A stretch of DNA of 64,000 nt from Octopus sinensis. Its lineage: Eukaryota. The notes below the pieces were generated by a model that was not told the origin of the DNA, made no database searches, and worked only from the letters and a program-made list of their open reading frames with translations. Positions 11,264-25,419 of the stretch are shown here, piece by piece. Location: NCBI RefSeq assembly GCF_006345805.1, contig NC_043004.1:8804001-8868000 (forward strand). Direction: 5' to 3'. The number at the start of each line of letters is the position of its first letter. Position 1 is the first letter of the stretch. The position numbers were made by a program, and so were the translations under genes.

Positions 11264-13653
11264 AAGTTTATTTTTCAAAACTGAAACAAGATAACAACCC
11301 AACAGTATTGATAAGATGCATGCTACCATGCTGCCACCTCTCAAACTATTACCACTAACAACCACAAGGGAGCATATGAGCCAAGGAAGGATCCTTTGTG
11401 TTGTTGCTTTGCTCGCTAGACATAGCAGCTATTTCTCTTTGAATCGAAACTATCTTAAAGAAAGCACACACTGGATAATGTAGGTGTGGGTTTCCTGCAT
11501 ATATGAAAATGACAAGATGGTCATGGCTGGAATGCTTTTGATCATAAGTATATTCGATGGGGTTAAACAATGGTGAGCCATTGAGGAAGCAGCTATATGG
11601 GTGCTTTTTCTGCTAGAAATATTAGCCAGATCTGCCTCACACCTTAAAAGCTAAATTTTACAAAGGACATAGATTGTGTACTCACATATGTATTACATAC
11701 TTACTGGGTAGCCATGGTTGGAATGCTCTTTGATTATTAATTGATCTGTTCAATCAGGGTTGACCAACAACAGCAATAATAAATAACTCCAATAACACTA
11801 CAGTCATCATGACTTACAACCTTACCAATCACCTCTATCATCACCATGACCACCACCACAAATAACAACAATTCTACCTTCAAGCAACATCACTACCACC
11901 ACCACCATCACCATCATCATCACCACCACCATTATATTCATTATCCCTTAAAGTCACATGACTACCCCTACTCCTACCCCTAATTCTATAACACTGTCAG
12001 TACATTCAAGAAGGACCAAGGCAACAAGTCGGATGAAAAACAGAAAAAGGAAAAAACACCCCAAAAATAAGGCAAAAAAATGCCCAACAGTAAAGAATGG
12101 ATTCAATTTTGAGGCATTTTTGAAGTTTGAGAATCATTTCCGTTGAGATGTTGTTGATGTTGTTCTTAATGTTGCTGGTAAAGTTTGTAGCTAGCAGTGG
12201 TGGTGGTGGTGGTGATGTTGTTTTCTTGCAGTGTGTTCTGATGAGAAAATGATTTTGATTGTGGAAATGTTGCTGCAAGGGGAACGAGGGTTTTTTGTTT
12301 TTTAGTTTGTGTGTTTTATTTGTCCACAAGTTTTTAAACATAACTACAGTGATTTTGTTCCACATACTTCCGCAGACACCATGTCATTGCATGAAAATTA
12401 TATTTTTAAAACTCTCTCTCTTTGTATGTATGTATGTGTATGTGTGTGTGTACAGGTATTTTATATTAGAAGAAATGAGTTTTATATTTACAGATATTTA
12501 TTTGTATATTACATGTTTTTATACATCATATATCATATATTAGCGCTTTCGTCCATTCTAGTGGAGTTTTCAAATTGAACTAAATTCTTGGGGAAAATTT
12601 GACTATTTTTATAGTGTTACATATATATACATACACATATATATTTAATAGAAATATATGTTTCAAAAAGAAAATAGAAACTAAACGTGGAAAAGATATG
12701 GGGAAAGTAAGAAGAAAAAAGCGAAAATGCACATTGGATATAAAAAAAAATGATGGCTTTTTTATGAAAAGTAGTGATAAATAAATACATTTAGATAAAC
12801 TGAGGTAGAATTAGGAGGAATAAAAGTCATTATTTTGAATTGTTAAAGAGATTCAAAGTGAGGCACATCAACATGTAGGATGTCAAAAATGGCCAGGTAC
12901 AATAACATATGGTTCACAGTAAAACAACCATGAAAGTATCAAGAGTTGGTACAATTCTGTAGAAATCTCAGCACCAAATCCAATTTAAACCATAGATCCG
13001 ACTTGGGGTTGGTTCTAGGTGTGGTGTAGGTATAAATAAGAACAGAAATGGGGTTTAGAATTTGCAACAGCTGTTTCAGTAGAGCTGTATAGATGTATTC
13101 ATAGCATAAATAAATCACCATTTTCAAGTAAAAATTTAAACAGGTGTCAGCAGGTGAGGTAAAATTTTGATGGTGTCATTATCCAACAATAGCTGGATAT
13201 GTCATCATTCAATGTCGTAGGATATCATTTTCTAACTGTTGTTGGTTGCCATCATCAAAGTTTTATATCCCCTGTTTATACCTGTTTAAAATTTTTGTCT
13301 GAAGATGGTGGATTGTGTTATGATGCAATCTCAAGACAAAGATATCTTTATGCTCATGCACATACATGCATAAATAAATATGTACATATTTTTCAATTAA
13401 TAATTGATAAAATAACAGGAGTTACCTAATCACCTTCATTAGCTTACAGTTGTTTCTGCTGTAAATAGCAATTCAATCAGAACTGAGTGCTAGTGCAAGA
13501 TCGTATAGTTTCCTCAGAGCCATTAAAATGAATATATATTTGCGTGCGCATGTGTGCATGTGTGTCTGTATACATACATATATGTGTATATATATCTATA
13601 TATATGTGTGTGTGTGTATATATAATTGTCTTTTACATTTCCTATGCTTGTAG

Positions 13654-13740
13654 ACAGATTGCATTGGCAGATCTTGTGGTTGTCAATAAAGTGGATCTGG
13701 TCTCAGAAACAGAACTCGCACAGGTGAAGGAGAGAATATC
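13654..13740 (+). CDS. ZNG1: ZNG1/CBWD coding exon (87 nt, phase 2/2): QIALADLVVVNKVDLVSETELAQVKERIS, containing the G4 NKxD motif
   Basis: ttgtag acceptor and gtaagt donor. QIALAD...NKVDLV is the CobW/G3E GTPase G4 region. Confidence 0.96.
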
Positions 13741-14765
13741 GTAAGTAAGCCAATAATTTTGTTGCATTTGTAACTCTCTCCTCTTCCTCCATCTCCTCGC
13801 TTTCTCTCTTGCTCTCCTCCTCAGTTTCCTTCTCTACCTCTCTCTCTCTCATCCTCTAGTGCCTCTCTTTCTTTTTCTCTCTTTTATAATATTTAGGATT
13901 TTGCTTGTGTCTGAATCTTATACTTCTATGAGAATCAAAAATATGAAAGTGCTCTCTTGGGTGGAAAGTGCTAGATTTAATTATTCTTCAATACGCACAC
14001 AAAAAAAAAATTGGATTTCAATGGATCTTTATTTCATTTTTATATTCATCATGCAAGATTCTTGATACTCCATCCATTGTTAGGAAAAACAAAATCACAC
14101 ATGAGACTGTGATTGTATGCAGTGGGTCCCAACGTTCTCTTTGCTTCTTCTCGCACCATTCCGGAATAGATGTAACCTGTATTTATTTTACGATTATTGT
14201 CAAATACTTTCTTTCCTTCATAATTTTATTTTCCTGAAAGATACTTTCAAATTTTGTGATATGCAGAGCCCCCTAGCAGACATAATATTTAGCAGGATAA
14301 GAAATTCAAATTTGAATTAAAAAAATAAGGAAAAAGTTCTATAGAATGAATATAATGATATATTTATAACTCTTTGGTTGCTTAATTCTTACAAAATTCT
14401 AGAAATTTCTATGTAGAACACTTTTATTTTTACTTTACATTTATGGAGTAGCACTCAATAAGTGGATTAAATTTCTAGAGTGGAGGGCATGTTGTGTTTT
14501 TGAACCAAACACTTTATTTCACAATGCTCTGGTGCTGTGTGGGGACCAACATATCAAAGAATTGTCCCAATGGTTTCTTTGCATATTGTAAAAGGTGACT
14601 GAAAGATTTTGGGGTAGGATTTACACTTTGACATCATAAAACCCTCACCAGACCCAGGGATTGGAGGGTTGTCACCGGAGTGGTGCAAAGGTGTCGTCTG
14701 CTAGGAGAAGAGAATCACCAACAAATGCTGGATCAATGCTGTGCTCTTACAGGGCATGTCCCCCA

Positions 14766-14767
<2 letters not shown>

Positions 14768-14840
<73 letters not shown>

Positions 14841-15015
14841 GGTTGCTGCTGCTACTACTACTACTACTGCTGCTGCTGCTACTACTAGTGTTGCTGGTGG
14901 TGGTGGTGCTGCTGCTGCTACTACTACTACTACTACTACTGTTGCTGCTGCTACTACTACTACTACTACTACTACTGATACTACTACTACTGCTGCTGCT
15001 ACTACCACCACCACC

Positions 15016-15056
<41 letters not shown>

Positions 15057-15252
15057 GGTTGCTGCTGCTACTACTACTACTACTGCTGCTGCTGCTACTA
15101 CTAGTGTTGGTGGTGGTGGTGCTGCTGCTGCTACTACTACTACTACTACTACTGTTGCTGCTGCTACTACTACTACTACTACTACTGATACTACTACTAC
15201 TGCTGCTGCTACTACCACCACCATCACCACCACCACTACTACTACTACTACT
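14768..15252. repeat. Compound (CTA/CTG/GGT/CCA)n array made of two near-identical cassettes of roughly 215 nt
   Basis: The same order of triplet blocks and rare interruptions (actacggtt, actagtgtt, actgatact) occurs twice. Confidence 0.9.
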
Positions 15253-17544
15253 GCCCCACTCCATCCTTCAGTAAGGTAGCAAGGAAATTATTTCATTTTA
15301 TTATTATTTAACACTATTGCAATTCATTTCCATTTCAGGATCCAAACAACTCTCTGCTCCCCCTTATTTAATCACTTTCCCAGTCCCACCTTCATCACTC
15401 TTTTCTAAAATGTGAGCAGCCATATTGTCCCTTTACCACAAGAAGCATGCTCCTGCTTTGGCCCCTTTTCTCATAATATTTTAAACCCTCATCTCCTAGC
15501 ATAAAGTCACCTCTGTCAGGTTGCATGCAACCAGCAAGGTCATCGAGTACAATGCTGTGAAGTGGTCGGTTGTGGGGTGGGGGGTCATCCAGCTGTGGAA
15601 ACCATGGTGAAAGGGATCCTGGGGCATGGTGCAGTCCTTGGACTCACTGGATCCTGTGAGACCATCCAACCCAAGCCAACACAAAGCAGGGGCATTAATT
15701 AGTGATGATGATGATGATGACAGTGACATCCATACATATATAGTGGGCTTCCACACAGTTTCCATTTAACAAATTCACTCACATGGCATTGGTTGGAAGA
15801 CAATTGCCTGAGGTGCCATGCAATGGGACTGAACCAGAAACCTCACAAAGCAGGCTTTGCATCACACACACATGCATGCACGCATGCACACACACACACA
15901 CCAATCTGTCTGTCTGTCTGTTGATTGAGAGATCAGTTTGTCTGTCTATCTCTCTACAAGCATATTTATGTGTATGTGTGTCTGTCTCTGTGTGTGTGTA
16001 TATGTATGTGTGTGTATGTATATATATATATATATATGTATTTGTATATGAGTGTGTGTGTGTGTATTATGTATGTATATCCATCTATCTATCTATATAT
16101 ATATATATATATATATATTTGTAATATCAGTTTGTATTGTGCTATAGAGAAGTAAGTGCCAAAATTGGTTGACCAAACTAAAAGAGTGATGATGATGATG
16201 TTGGCAAGAAATGACAAACCTCACACATTCAGTACTCTGATGATAAAGTAGAGAGAGAGAGAGAGAGAAAGATAGATAGAGAGATAGAGAGAGAGAGAGT
16301 AAATAGCTGTTGGCTAAGAGAGTTTTGGTTTTGCTACATGTATTAGGACACGGCTTTTAAATTCCAATATGCACGGAATCCGTACAAGTCTTGATTTAAA
16401 TAAAAACTATCAAGAAATGAATGTAGGAGATTTCACACACCCAACCAGCCAACCGACTGATTTGGTAACAAAGAAAGGGTAAAAAAAAAAGGGGGAAAAA
16501 AATGGAACTTAAAGGAAGTGGGGTATAAACGGAAAGAAAGTAAAGAGAGAGGGGAGGGGGGAGATGTTGTGATTGCCGTAAGATGGTTGCAATGAATTGG
16601 AATGTTGTAGAGTTTTCTCTCTTTTTATTATTTCTGGAGCTTCAATCTACATGTGGTTGCCGAAAGCTTCAGAATATTTGTGTGTGTGTGTGTGCATGTG
16701 TGTATATGTACACCCATCGGATATGTGTGTGTGTGTGTGTGTGTGTGTCTGTACACCCATAGGATATATGTATATGTGCTTGTGTGCATGCGTGTATATG
16801 TAAATCCATAGGATGTGTGTGTGTGTTTCTGTATGCATACACCCACACACATAAACATGTACACACACTCGCGCACACACTTCCACACTATTTTCACAGT
16901 TTGTATGTCTTTGTGTGCATTTGTATATATTTGTGTGTGTGTGTGTGTGTGTTTTGGTGTATTCCTGCATGTGTTACATTGTGCTCCAGCTGGCCGTTGA
17001 ATCTATAAGAATCAGTGGTTTTCTATATAAACCCTGGCACTGGTCTCTGATCTCAGGTCAACATCTTTAAAACTTTCAAAGAACCAAAATTCCATAGAAA
17101 TGGTTTGATTCCTGTTTACCATCATAATTAACTGCTGCTGTTGAACCAGTAACGAAGCCTCTAATTGGCTGCTTGACCTACTAGAAATAGCAACCAAATT
17201 TTTCTCTGTTTTTACCTTATTATCATCTTAAGTCCTGTCATCATCATCATCATCATCATCATTAAATGTGCTTTTTTGATGTTGGCATGAGTTAGAGGAG
17301 TCGACAGGAGGTGGTGAATGCTGAGGACTGCATCAAGCTTCAATGTTTCTACAACTGGAATGAAATGAAAGATGAGAGAACAAAACAGACCATTGGTCAG
17401 TGGTGTGTGAAAATGTCGGTTACGCTTGGTTTGAAGTTGGTGACAGGAAGATGACATTGCTGGTTGTAAAAACCACACTGAAGAACTTCTGTCCAATCCA
17501 GCACAGCAAAACAATCGGCACAAAAAATAGGATTATAATGATGA

Positions 17545-17584
<40 letters not shown>

Positions 17585-18133
17585 CGCGTGTGTGTGTATG
17601 CGCGTGTGTATGTGTGCGCGTGTGTGCGTGTGTGTACATATACACTGTGCTTCTGCATAGTTTCCGCCACTATCCAAATTTCATTCTTAAGACCATCAGG
17701 CAACTATAAGCTGTGGTAGAGAAGACACTTGCTTTTCATTGGGATTGAACCTGAAACCATTTGATTGTGATGTAAACATTATTATCACAGAGCCATGGCT
17801 TTTTTTTTTAAATCTGAGACTCCTATTTCCAAAACCTTCTCGTTAACTATTTTCTTTCTTTTTTCTTTCTCCCATTCCATCCATCCATCCATCCTTTCAG
17901 TGTTTCTGTTTCTCTGGAAGCACTAAATGAGAAAATTCTTCCATTTTGTTCTTGTTATTATTGTTCCCACCTTACTCCCCCCACCCTCCAACCCAAGCTC
18001 TGCCACTTCCTTAGAACAACTAACATTAGGAAATGAAATGACTCCACCTTGCCAAGAAGAACAATCTAGAACCAAGAATTTACCATTTCACCAATTCTCC
18101 ATTTCCTTTTTAAGAAGACCTTAAAGGGAAAAA

Positions 18134-18191
<58 letters not shown>

Positions 18192-18261
18192 TATACATAT
18201 ATATATATATATACACACATATACATATATATATATATATATGTATACACACACACATATT

Positions 18262-18293
<32 letters not shown>

Positions 18294-18987
18294 TATAAAA
18301 ACAGTAAACTTTCAATAAAACTATTTTCTTAAAGTGAAATACTAACAACAGCAACAACATGCTTTTTTCTGCATGTGTGGGTGTCTGTGTGTTTGTTTGT
18401 ATCTTGGTACATGTGTGTGAATGTGTGAATGTATGTATGAATGTATGTGGGTGTTTGTCTTTGTGCAGATAAAGAAAAAAACTTTAGCAACAACAACAAA
18501 TATAAAGATAAAAAAAGTTAATAAAATTTTCAAATAAGACCATAAAAATAAATTGCTTGGAAGAGAGTGAAATGAAATCTGTTCGTTTGCAATCGTTTCA
18601 CTTTTTGTTAGTATAAGGAGTGGCAGGCATGGGTGGGGTGGTATTTAGGATGTGTATTTGTGAGTGGGTGGAGGTTTGGGCACCCCACCCAAATACACAG
18701 ACAGTTATGCATGCACAGACATACACACATATATGTACACATACACATGCATACATAGACATAGAAATGCACACATGCGTATGTGCATGTGTGCACACCT
18801 CTCGCATACTACATACATAGCTATTGCACACACAGACACACACACAAACATACATGCAAACACATACAAACATACACTCACACACTCATACGTACACATA
18901 CACAAACACATATGTACATGCACCACAACACCAATGCACTCACACACATCAACTCACCCCTCCACCACTAACCCTAAATACTGCTAC

Positions 18988-19195
18988 TAAGAGCGCAGGC
19001 TACTAACCCCGAGATTTCAAGTTCGATTCCAGGCAGTGACCTGAATAATAATAATAACATAAAAAAATACCTTTGTAATGAGAACCCAGGTTTGAAATTT
19101 CCCCAAGACACCTGAAGGAGGCTGGAGGGTACATCAGCTGAAACGCATTAACAACAAATAAGATGAGGACAAATATCGGTCAAATATAAATAATG
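18988..19195 (+). mobile_element. SINE family E (tRNA-like head, (AAT)n spacer, hammerhead-like 3' module), head eroded
   Basis: Matches 49048-49326. Hammerhead-like segment at 19107-19150 (GACAC CTGAAGG AGGCTG...CAGCT GAAACG) is degenerate. Confidence 0.8.
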
Positions 19196-19791
19196 CACCA
19201 CTTCCTCCACATACACATTACTCACGTAACCACAAATACATGTACACACACACACACTGGCCATTTTTGCACTCTCCTGTCTTCAAAAACCACATTCTCT
19301 ATCTCTCTCCACTGCTGGTCAGTTATTTTTCAGCCAAGTAACAATGCACATGCTTTCCTCGGACCGTTCTTTTCCTCCTGTCCAGATTTCCCCTCTTTCC
19401 TTTTTCTGATGAAGAGATATTCTTGAAATGTCACCCACCTGCTTTTTTCCATCTTCAGCTTTCTCTGAACATCAATGTTAATACATTCACTGTATTTTTC
19501 CTGTTTTTCATTTTTGATTTGTGTGTGTACATGCATGTATGTGTGTGTGTGTGTGTGTGTGCGTGTGTATACACACACACACACATATATGTAATTGCCT
19601 TGCCTTAACGTTTGTTGCCCTCTTTAACAATTATATGTCTGCTGTATCGGAAATCTACAATGGCTCCATAACTACTGTCTGTTATAACCTTCGAACCCTA
19701 CTAATTCATTACAGCACTTGCCTAGTGTACCTAGTCATTTAGATCACCTATGAACTAAAGCCCCATATTTTGTATATATATATATATATAT

Positions 19792-20086
19792 GCGGAGGCG
19801 CAATGGCCCAGTGGTTAGGGCAGCGGACTTGCGGTTGTAGGATCGCGGTTTCGATTCCCAGACTGGGCGTTGTGAGTGTTTATTGAGCGAAAACACCTAA
19901 AGCTCCACAAGGCTCCGGCAGGGGGTGGTGGCAATCCCTGTTGTACTCTTTCATCACAATTTTCTCTCACTCTTTCCTCTGTTGGCCTGCTTGCTTAGCC
20001 AGCGGGGTGGCGTCATTTGAAGGCTAAAACAATGCGAAGTGTATTGTGACCAGCGATGTGTAGCAACATCTGATAGCCTGATCGGT

Positions 20087-20092
<6 letters not shown>
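19792..20092 (+). mobile_element. SINE family D (about 300 nt, tRNA-like head) inserted in (TA)n
   Basis: A-box TGGCCCAGTGG and B-box GTTTCGATTCC. Close match to 56673-56976. Flanked by TA repeats on both sides. Confidence 0.9.
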
Positions 20093-20129
<37 letters not shown>

Positions 20130-20689
20130 AAGGGCATCCAGCCGTAGAAACATTGCCAGATCAAACTGGGCCTGGTGCAGCCTTCTGGCTTCCCAGACCC
20201 CAGTTGAACCGTCCAACCCATGCTAGCATGGAAAGCGGACGCTAAACTATGAAATATACACACACACACATGTATATGCGTAAAGGCTATTTTCGCTGTA
20301 AAGATTTACACTAAAAGAGAAAGCATCTAAATTTTAAAACTTCTTGGCTGATCACAATAGCCTAGGGTTATACTTTGTCATAAAACCAATAATCTTCTTG
20401 TGTTAAACTCTTTGTACCTGGAAGGGTCACTGTGCACATAGGCACATAGTGTAAATGATTTTAGAGTGGTTGGCTTAAGGAAGGGCATCCAGCTGTAGAA
20501 ACTTTGCCAGATCAGATTGGAGCCATGCCAGCATGGAAAGCAGATGTTAAACAGTGATGATGATGATGATGCATATGTGTGACATGGCCATTGCCTAGAC
20601 TCACCTCGTCCATTTCTCATAAGAATCTTTAGTCTATCAGAGAAAAACAAAAATGTTACACTCATTGTTTTATTTTGTGATAATCTACA

Positions 20690-21160
20690 TCATCATCATC
20701 ATCATCGTTTAACTTCCGGTTTCCGTGCTAGCATGGGTTGGACGGTTCGACCGGGGTCTGGGAAGCCAGGAGGCTGCACCAGGCTCCAGTCTGATCTGGC
20801 AGTGTTTCTACAGCTGGATCCCTTCCTAACGCCAACCACTCCGTGAGTGTAGTGGGTGCTTTTTACGTGCCAGGGGAGGCTGGCAGCGGCCACAATCGGT
20901 TGGTGCTTTTTACGTGCCACCGGCACAGAAGCCAGTCAAAGTGGCGCTGGCATCAGCCAAAACATTGTATATATCATCATCATCGTTTAACATCGCTTTC
21001 CATGCTAGCATGGGTTGGACGATTTTGACTAAGGGTTGGTGAACCAGATGGTTGCACCAGGCTCCAATCTTGATTTGGCAGTGTTTCTACAGCTTGATGC
21101 CCTTCCTAACGGCAACCACTCTTAGAGTGTAGTGGGTGCTTTTTACGTTCCACTAGCACG

Positions 21161-21162
<2 letters not shown>
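20690..21162 (-). mobile_element. Two tandem family B (RTE-tail) repeats
   Basis: (CAT)n followed by the gtttaac...ccatgctagcatggg... block, twice. Confidence 0.85.
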
Positions 21163-21206
<44 letters not shown>

Positions 21207-21231
21207 TATACACACACACACACACATACAT

Positions 21232-21590
21232 ATGGTTCTAGGTTGAGTCCCACTGTATGGCACCTCGGGCAAGTGTCTTCTAGTGCAGAACCAAGCGGAC
21301 CAAAGCTTTGTGAGCTGATTTGGTTGATGGAAACTGAAAAAGCCTGTTGTGTGTGTGTGTGTCTTTGTGTCTGTGTTTGTCCACCACCATCACCACTTGA
21401 CAACCGGTGTTGGTGTGTTTATGTCCCCATAACTTAGCAGTTCAGTGTAAGAAACTCATAAAATAAGGACCAGGCTTAAAAATAAAAGTAAAAAATGAAA
21501 ATAAAATCCCTGGGGGTCGACTCCTTCAATTAAAAATTTTTAAATTCCTCGAGGCTGTGCTCCAGCATGGCCACAGTCTAATGTATGATA
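21232..21590 (+). mobile_element. SINE family A copy
   Basis: Match to the other family A copies. Confidence 0.75.
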
Positions 21591-21819
21591 TGTAAGCACA
21601 TAGGTACAAAACAAGGTGGGGAAAATAGTACTTGAATACCAAAGGTAAAGTAAAATATGTTTTAATTAAAGGTGAAAAACACAAACTTGCAAAGATTGTT
21701 TTTGGCTTTAATAAAACAGCATATTTTATTTTATTTTATTTTATATTATATTATGTTTTGTTATATCTATATATTTTCTACCCACTTAACACTTTATTAA
21801 TCTTATTTCGTGTTTTCAG

Positions 21820-21864
21820 GACTATAAACTCTTTGGCAGAACTGATTGAAACCACTTATGGCAG
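21820..21864 (+). CDS. ZNG1: ZNG1/CBWD coding exon (45 nt, phase 2/2): TINSLAELIETTYGR
   Basis: gttttcag acceptor and gtgagt donor. Matches CBWD SINGLGQILETQRSR. Confidence 0.93.
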
Positions 21865-22721
21865 GTGAGTTAATTTGGATTTTTGTTGTTGCTGTTGTTG
21901 ATATTCTAGTTAATCCTTGGTTCATCCCTGATTGAGAAGACCCATTGATCCAAGGCATTCCACATGACCACCTTGTCTTTGAGAGATATAAGACTACATT
22001 GTTTGATGCATTCTTTCCTTCTTGGAGATGGCCTTTCCTTCTATTATCCTGTGTATTGTCCAGGGAGAAATATTACTTTTCTTGGAAACGGATGAGGGTT
22101 GGTGACAGGAAGGACATCTGGTGGCAGAAAATATCCTTCAAACTTTGACTTACACAAGCATGGAAAAGTTAACATTTTCAAAAAAAAAATGTTAAGAGGA
22201 TGGTGGAAGGAAAGAAGTAATATGGAGAGGTAAAAAAAATAGCAGTTAATAAAAGGAAATAAATTCATGGGTTGTTGTTTGGCCTTAGCCTATTTTAATG
22301 AATCAGATCTATGATGAGAGGCATTCCAGCTATGACCACCCTATCATTTATTTTTCTAAACAATATATCTGTTATCATATCTAATTTATCACCTTCGAAA
22401 AAAATGCTTAAGTGTGATATGAGGCATATTTGGCTATTATTTTTAACAAGTCAAACAACCAGGTATGTCAGCTTTGGAGAATTCTTGATTCTTAGGATTA
22501 TCTCCTCCTCTTATATGGAAATGGTCTTAATTGCCATTTAACCCATGGTAGCATGGAAAGCAGATGTTAAAGGACAAATGATGATAATTAGGGCGCATTT
22601 CCTAGAGATGGAAATAATTCTAATTAAAAAAATTTACATTGTATAATGTTTGATATACCTGCATGTGTGTGCGCGCGTGTGTGTGTGTGTACCTAAATGA
22701 ATGATAATAACAATGAAAATG

Positions 22722-23455
22722 GAGAATTTCTCTGTTCTTTACTTTGTGTCTCATTATCCTCATTTAACGCCCATGTTCCATGCTGTCATGGGTTGGACGA
22801 CTATTTATGCTTATGGATGTTTAATCTGTGTTATCAACCAATGTGTATTTCTGTAACTATACAAATGTGTAATTGGTGTGTGTTTGAATGTGTGCATGCA
22901 TGTGGTAAATCATTTTACCTTTGCCCATATAATACAGTAAATGAATTGATTGCATCGCAATCATTAACATTTATGTATTAACTTTGTTGGGTACTTCACT
23001 AGCAGTATATTGGATATATGTTATCCCATGGAGGGTTGCATTTACAACCCCTATCTCAATTTGTATATCATCATCATCGTTTAACGTCCGTTCTCCATGC
23101 TAGCATGGGTTGGACGGTTCAACCGGGGATCTGGGAAGCCAGAAGGCTGCACCAGGCTCCAGTCTTATCTGGCAATGTTTCTACAGCTGGATGCCCTTCC
23201 TAACGCGAACCACTCCGTGAGTGTAGTGGGTGCTTTTTACGTGCCACCTGCACAGGTGCCAGGCGAGGCTGGCAATGGCCACGGTTGGATTGGTGTATTT
23301 TATGTGCCACCGGCACAAAAGCCAGTTGAGGCGGCGCTGGCATCGGCCACGAGTCGGATAGTGCTTTTTACGTACCACCAGACCAGGGATCCTGGCTGGT
23401 TCAATTCAATTATATATATATATATATAAACATAGACACCTATATGCACACACTG

Positions 23456-23488
<33 letters not shown>

Positions 23489-23662
23489 CACATATATTCA
23501 AACACACACCAATTACACATTTGTATAGTTACAGAAATATACATCGGTTGATAACACAGATTAACATCCATAAGCATAAATAGTCGTCCAACCCATGACA
23601 GCATGGAACATGGGTGTTAAATGAGGATAATGAGACACAAAGTAAAGAACAGAGAGATTCTC
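22722..23662. repeat. Inverted duplication: arms 22722-22904 and 23483-23662, about 580-nt spacer
   Basis: The arms are reverse complements with about four substitutions and one indel outside the microsatellite end. Confidence 0.92.
23064..23400 (-). mobile_element. Family B (RTE-tail) repeat
   Basis: Close match to 39763-40145. Confidence 0.85.
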
Positions 23663-24390
23663 AGATTTTCATTGTTATTATCATTCATTCAAGTATACAC
23701 ACACACACATGCACGCACACACATAAACAAAGTGCCCAAGCACTGCATGTTATGATGTATCTTACTATACATACACCTCTAAGCACATGTGTCTATGTGA
23801 AAGCCAAGTCACTCTCATGTGTGTCTCATGTGATCAACCAGACTATCAGATGTTATAGACATCACTAGTCACAATGCGCATTGTTTTAGCTTTTGGACGA
23901 TGCCACCCCACTGACTAGGCGAAGCAGACTGACGTACCCTCTGACTGGAAGGCCAGTCCATTGCTGGAGTCACTGATTTGCAGAGGGAGTCGACTGGACC
24001 AACATGAAATGAAGTGTTTTTCTCAGGCACACAATGTGTAGCCCAGTCTGGGAATTGAAACCACAGTCACATGATCATGCGTACAATCTTTATTAGCACT
24101 TGACCATGAACCTTCACCATGTATGTGTGTGTGTGTGTGTACACATTTATATGCATGCACACGCTGGTATAATATATGCACCCAATCACCCATCAACATG
24201 CACACAATCACTCACTTTCATAATGTAAACATGCCTGTATATAGATGCATGTATAAAATTTATATCCTATATATAGATTATATATATGTATATAAGATGA
24301 TGTATGTTTATATATATATATATATAATTGATTTGCCAAAATATTTTCGTCGCTTTGAGATCACAACCTGTTCACTGACAAAACTATCTA

Positions 24391-24440
<50 letters not shown>

Positions 24441-25419
24441 AATGCTTGAAATACGAGAGTAGAAAAACTGCCAAGAACTGATGAAGGGCCGTTTTTTGTG
24501 TTTGTCTTGTTTTCCATTTGTGCCTTTCATTGTTTGAAAGAATAATTCATGTTCCATGTACTTGTACTTCGTATTTTGTTGTTGTGCATGTTTCATGACG
24601 TCCTGTCCCCATATATGCAATATATATATATATATATATATATATACGCACAGATGTAAGTATGTACAAATACGTATGCATATTTATATATATATATATA
24701 TATATTTATATTATTATATCTACATATAAATATACAGATACTTGCATATATAAACACCCATAATACATGCACTTACGAGTAGCTGCTTATTTATCACCTG
24801 AGGGCTGTGATAGATTTCTGCCAGTAAAACTTTACAGCCATGATAAGGATTTTTTTCTATATATTTGTATATTTTTGCATGCTTCTTTCTAAATATACAC
24901 ACCATATACATAGATATACACTGGCATGCAAAAAAGAGAAAAAAAAAAACATGCACGCAACATTGTTTAGCTTCTGGGTAAATTGCATTGCATTTGATAA
25001 GTCGTTAAACTTTAATCGTTTGTCAGAAAGAAGTGTGGTGCTTATCTTTATGTGTTAATTTCCTGCACTGATGTTTGTTTTGCAAACAATTCAAAACAGA
25101 CCTCTCCATCTTCGCAATCTTTCTTTTATTTGCTTCAATCATTGGACCGTTGGGGCCATGCTGGAGCACCACTTTGAAGGGTTTCAGTCGAACAAATTAA
25201 CTTGTTATTTTTTTTAGTTTTAAGTCTGGTACTTATTCTGTTGGTCTCTTTTGTCAAACTGCTAAGTTACTGTGACATAAACCAACCCAAACCAGTTGTC
25301 AAGACAAAAACACACACCTGTATGTCCCTGGGGCATACAGGTGTGTGTTTTGAATATTACCATCTGTCCTCAGAGTATCTTGGAGATGAACATAATATTT
25401 AACCTTTAACTTTTTTTGA

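Noticed and set aside
13285-13340. CTGAAGATG motif with a downstream hairpin
   Set aside because: No GAAA or cleavage triplet follows.
14680-15279. Overlapping poly-Thr, poly-Leu, poly-Ser and poly-Val ORFs
   Set aside because: Stop-free triplet microsatellite.
16695-16830. Three gtacacccatMggat units separated by (TG)n
   Set aside because: Ordinary slippage-derived minisatellite.
21632-21868. ORFs overlapping true exons (21632-21868, 13544-13744, 63545-63883, 2255-2539) as separate genes
   Set aside because: They are ZNG1 exons extended by chance into flanking intron.
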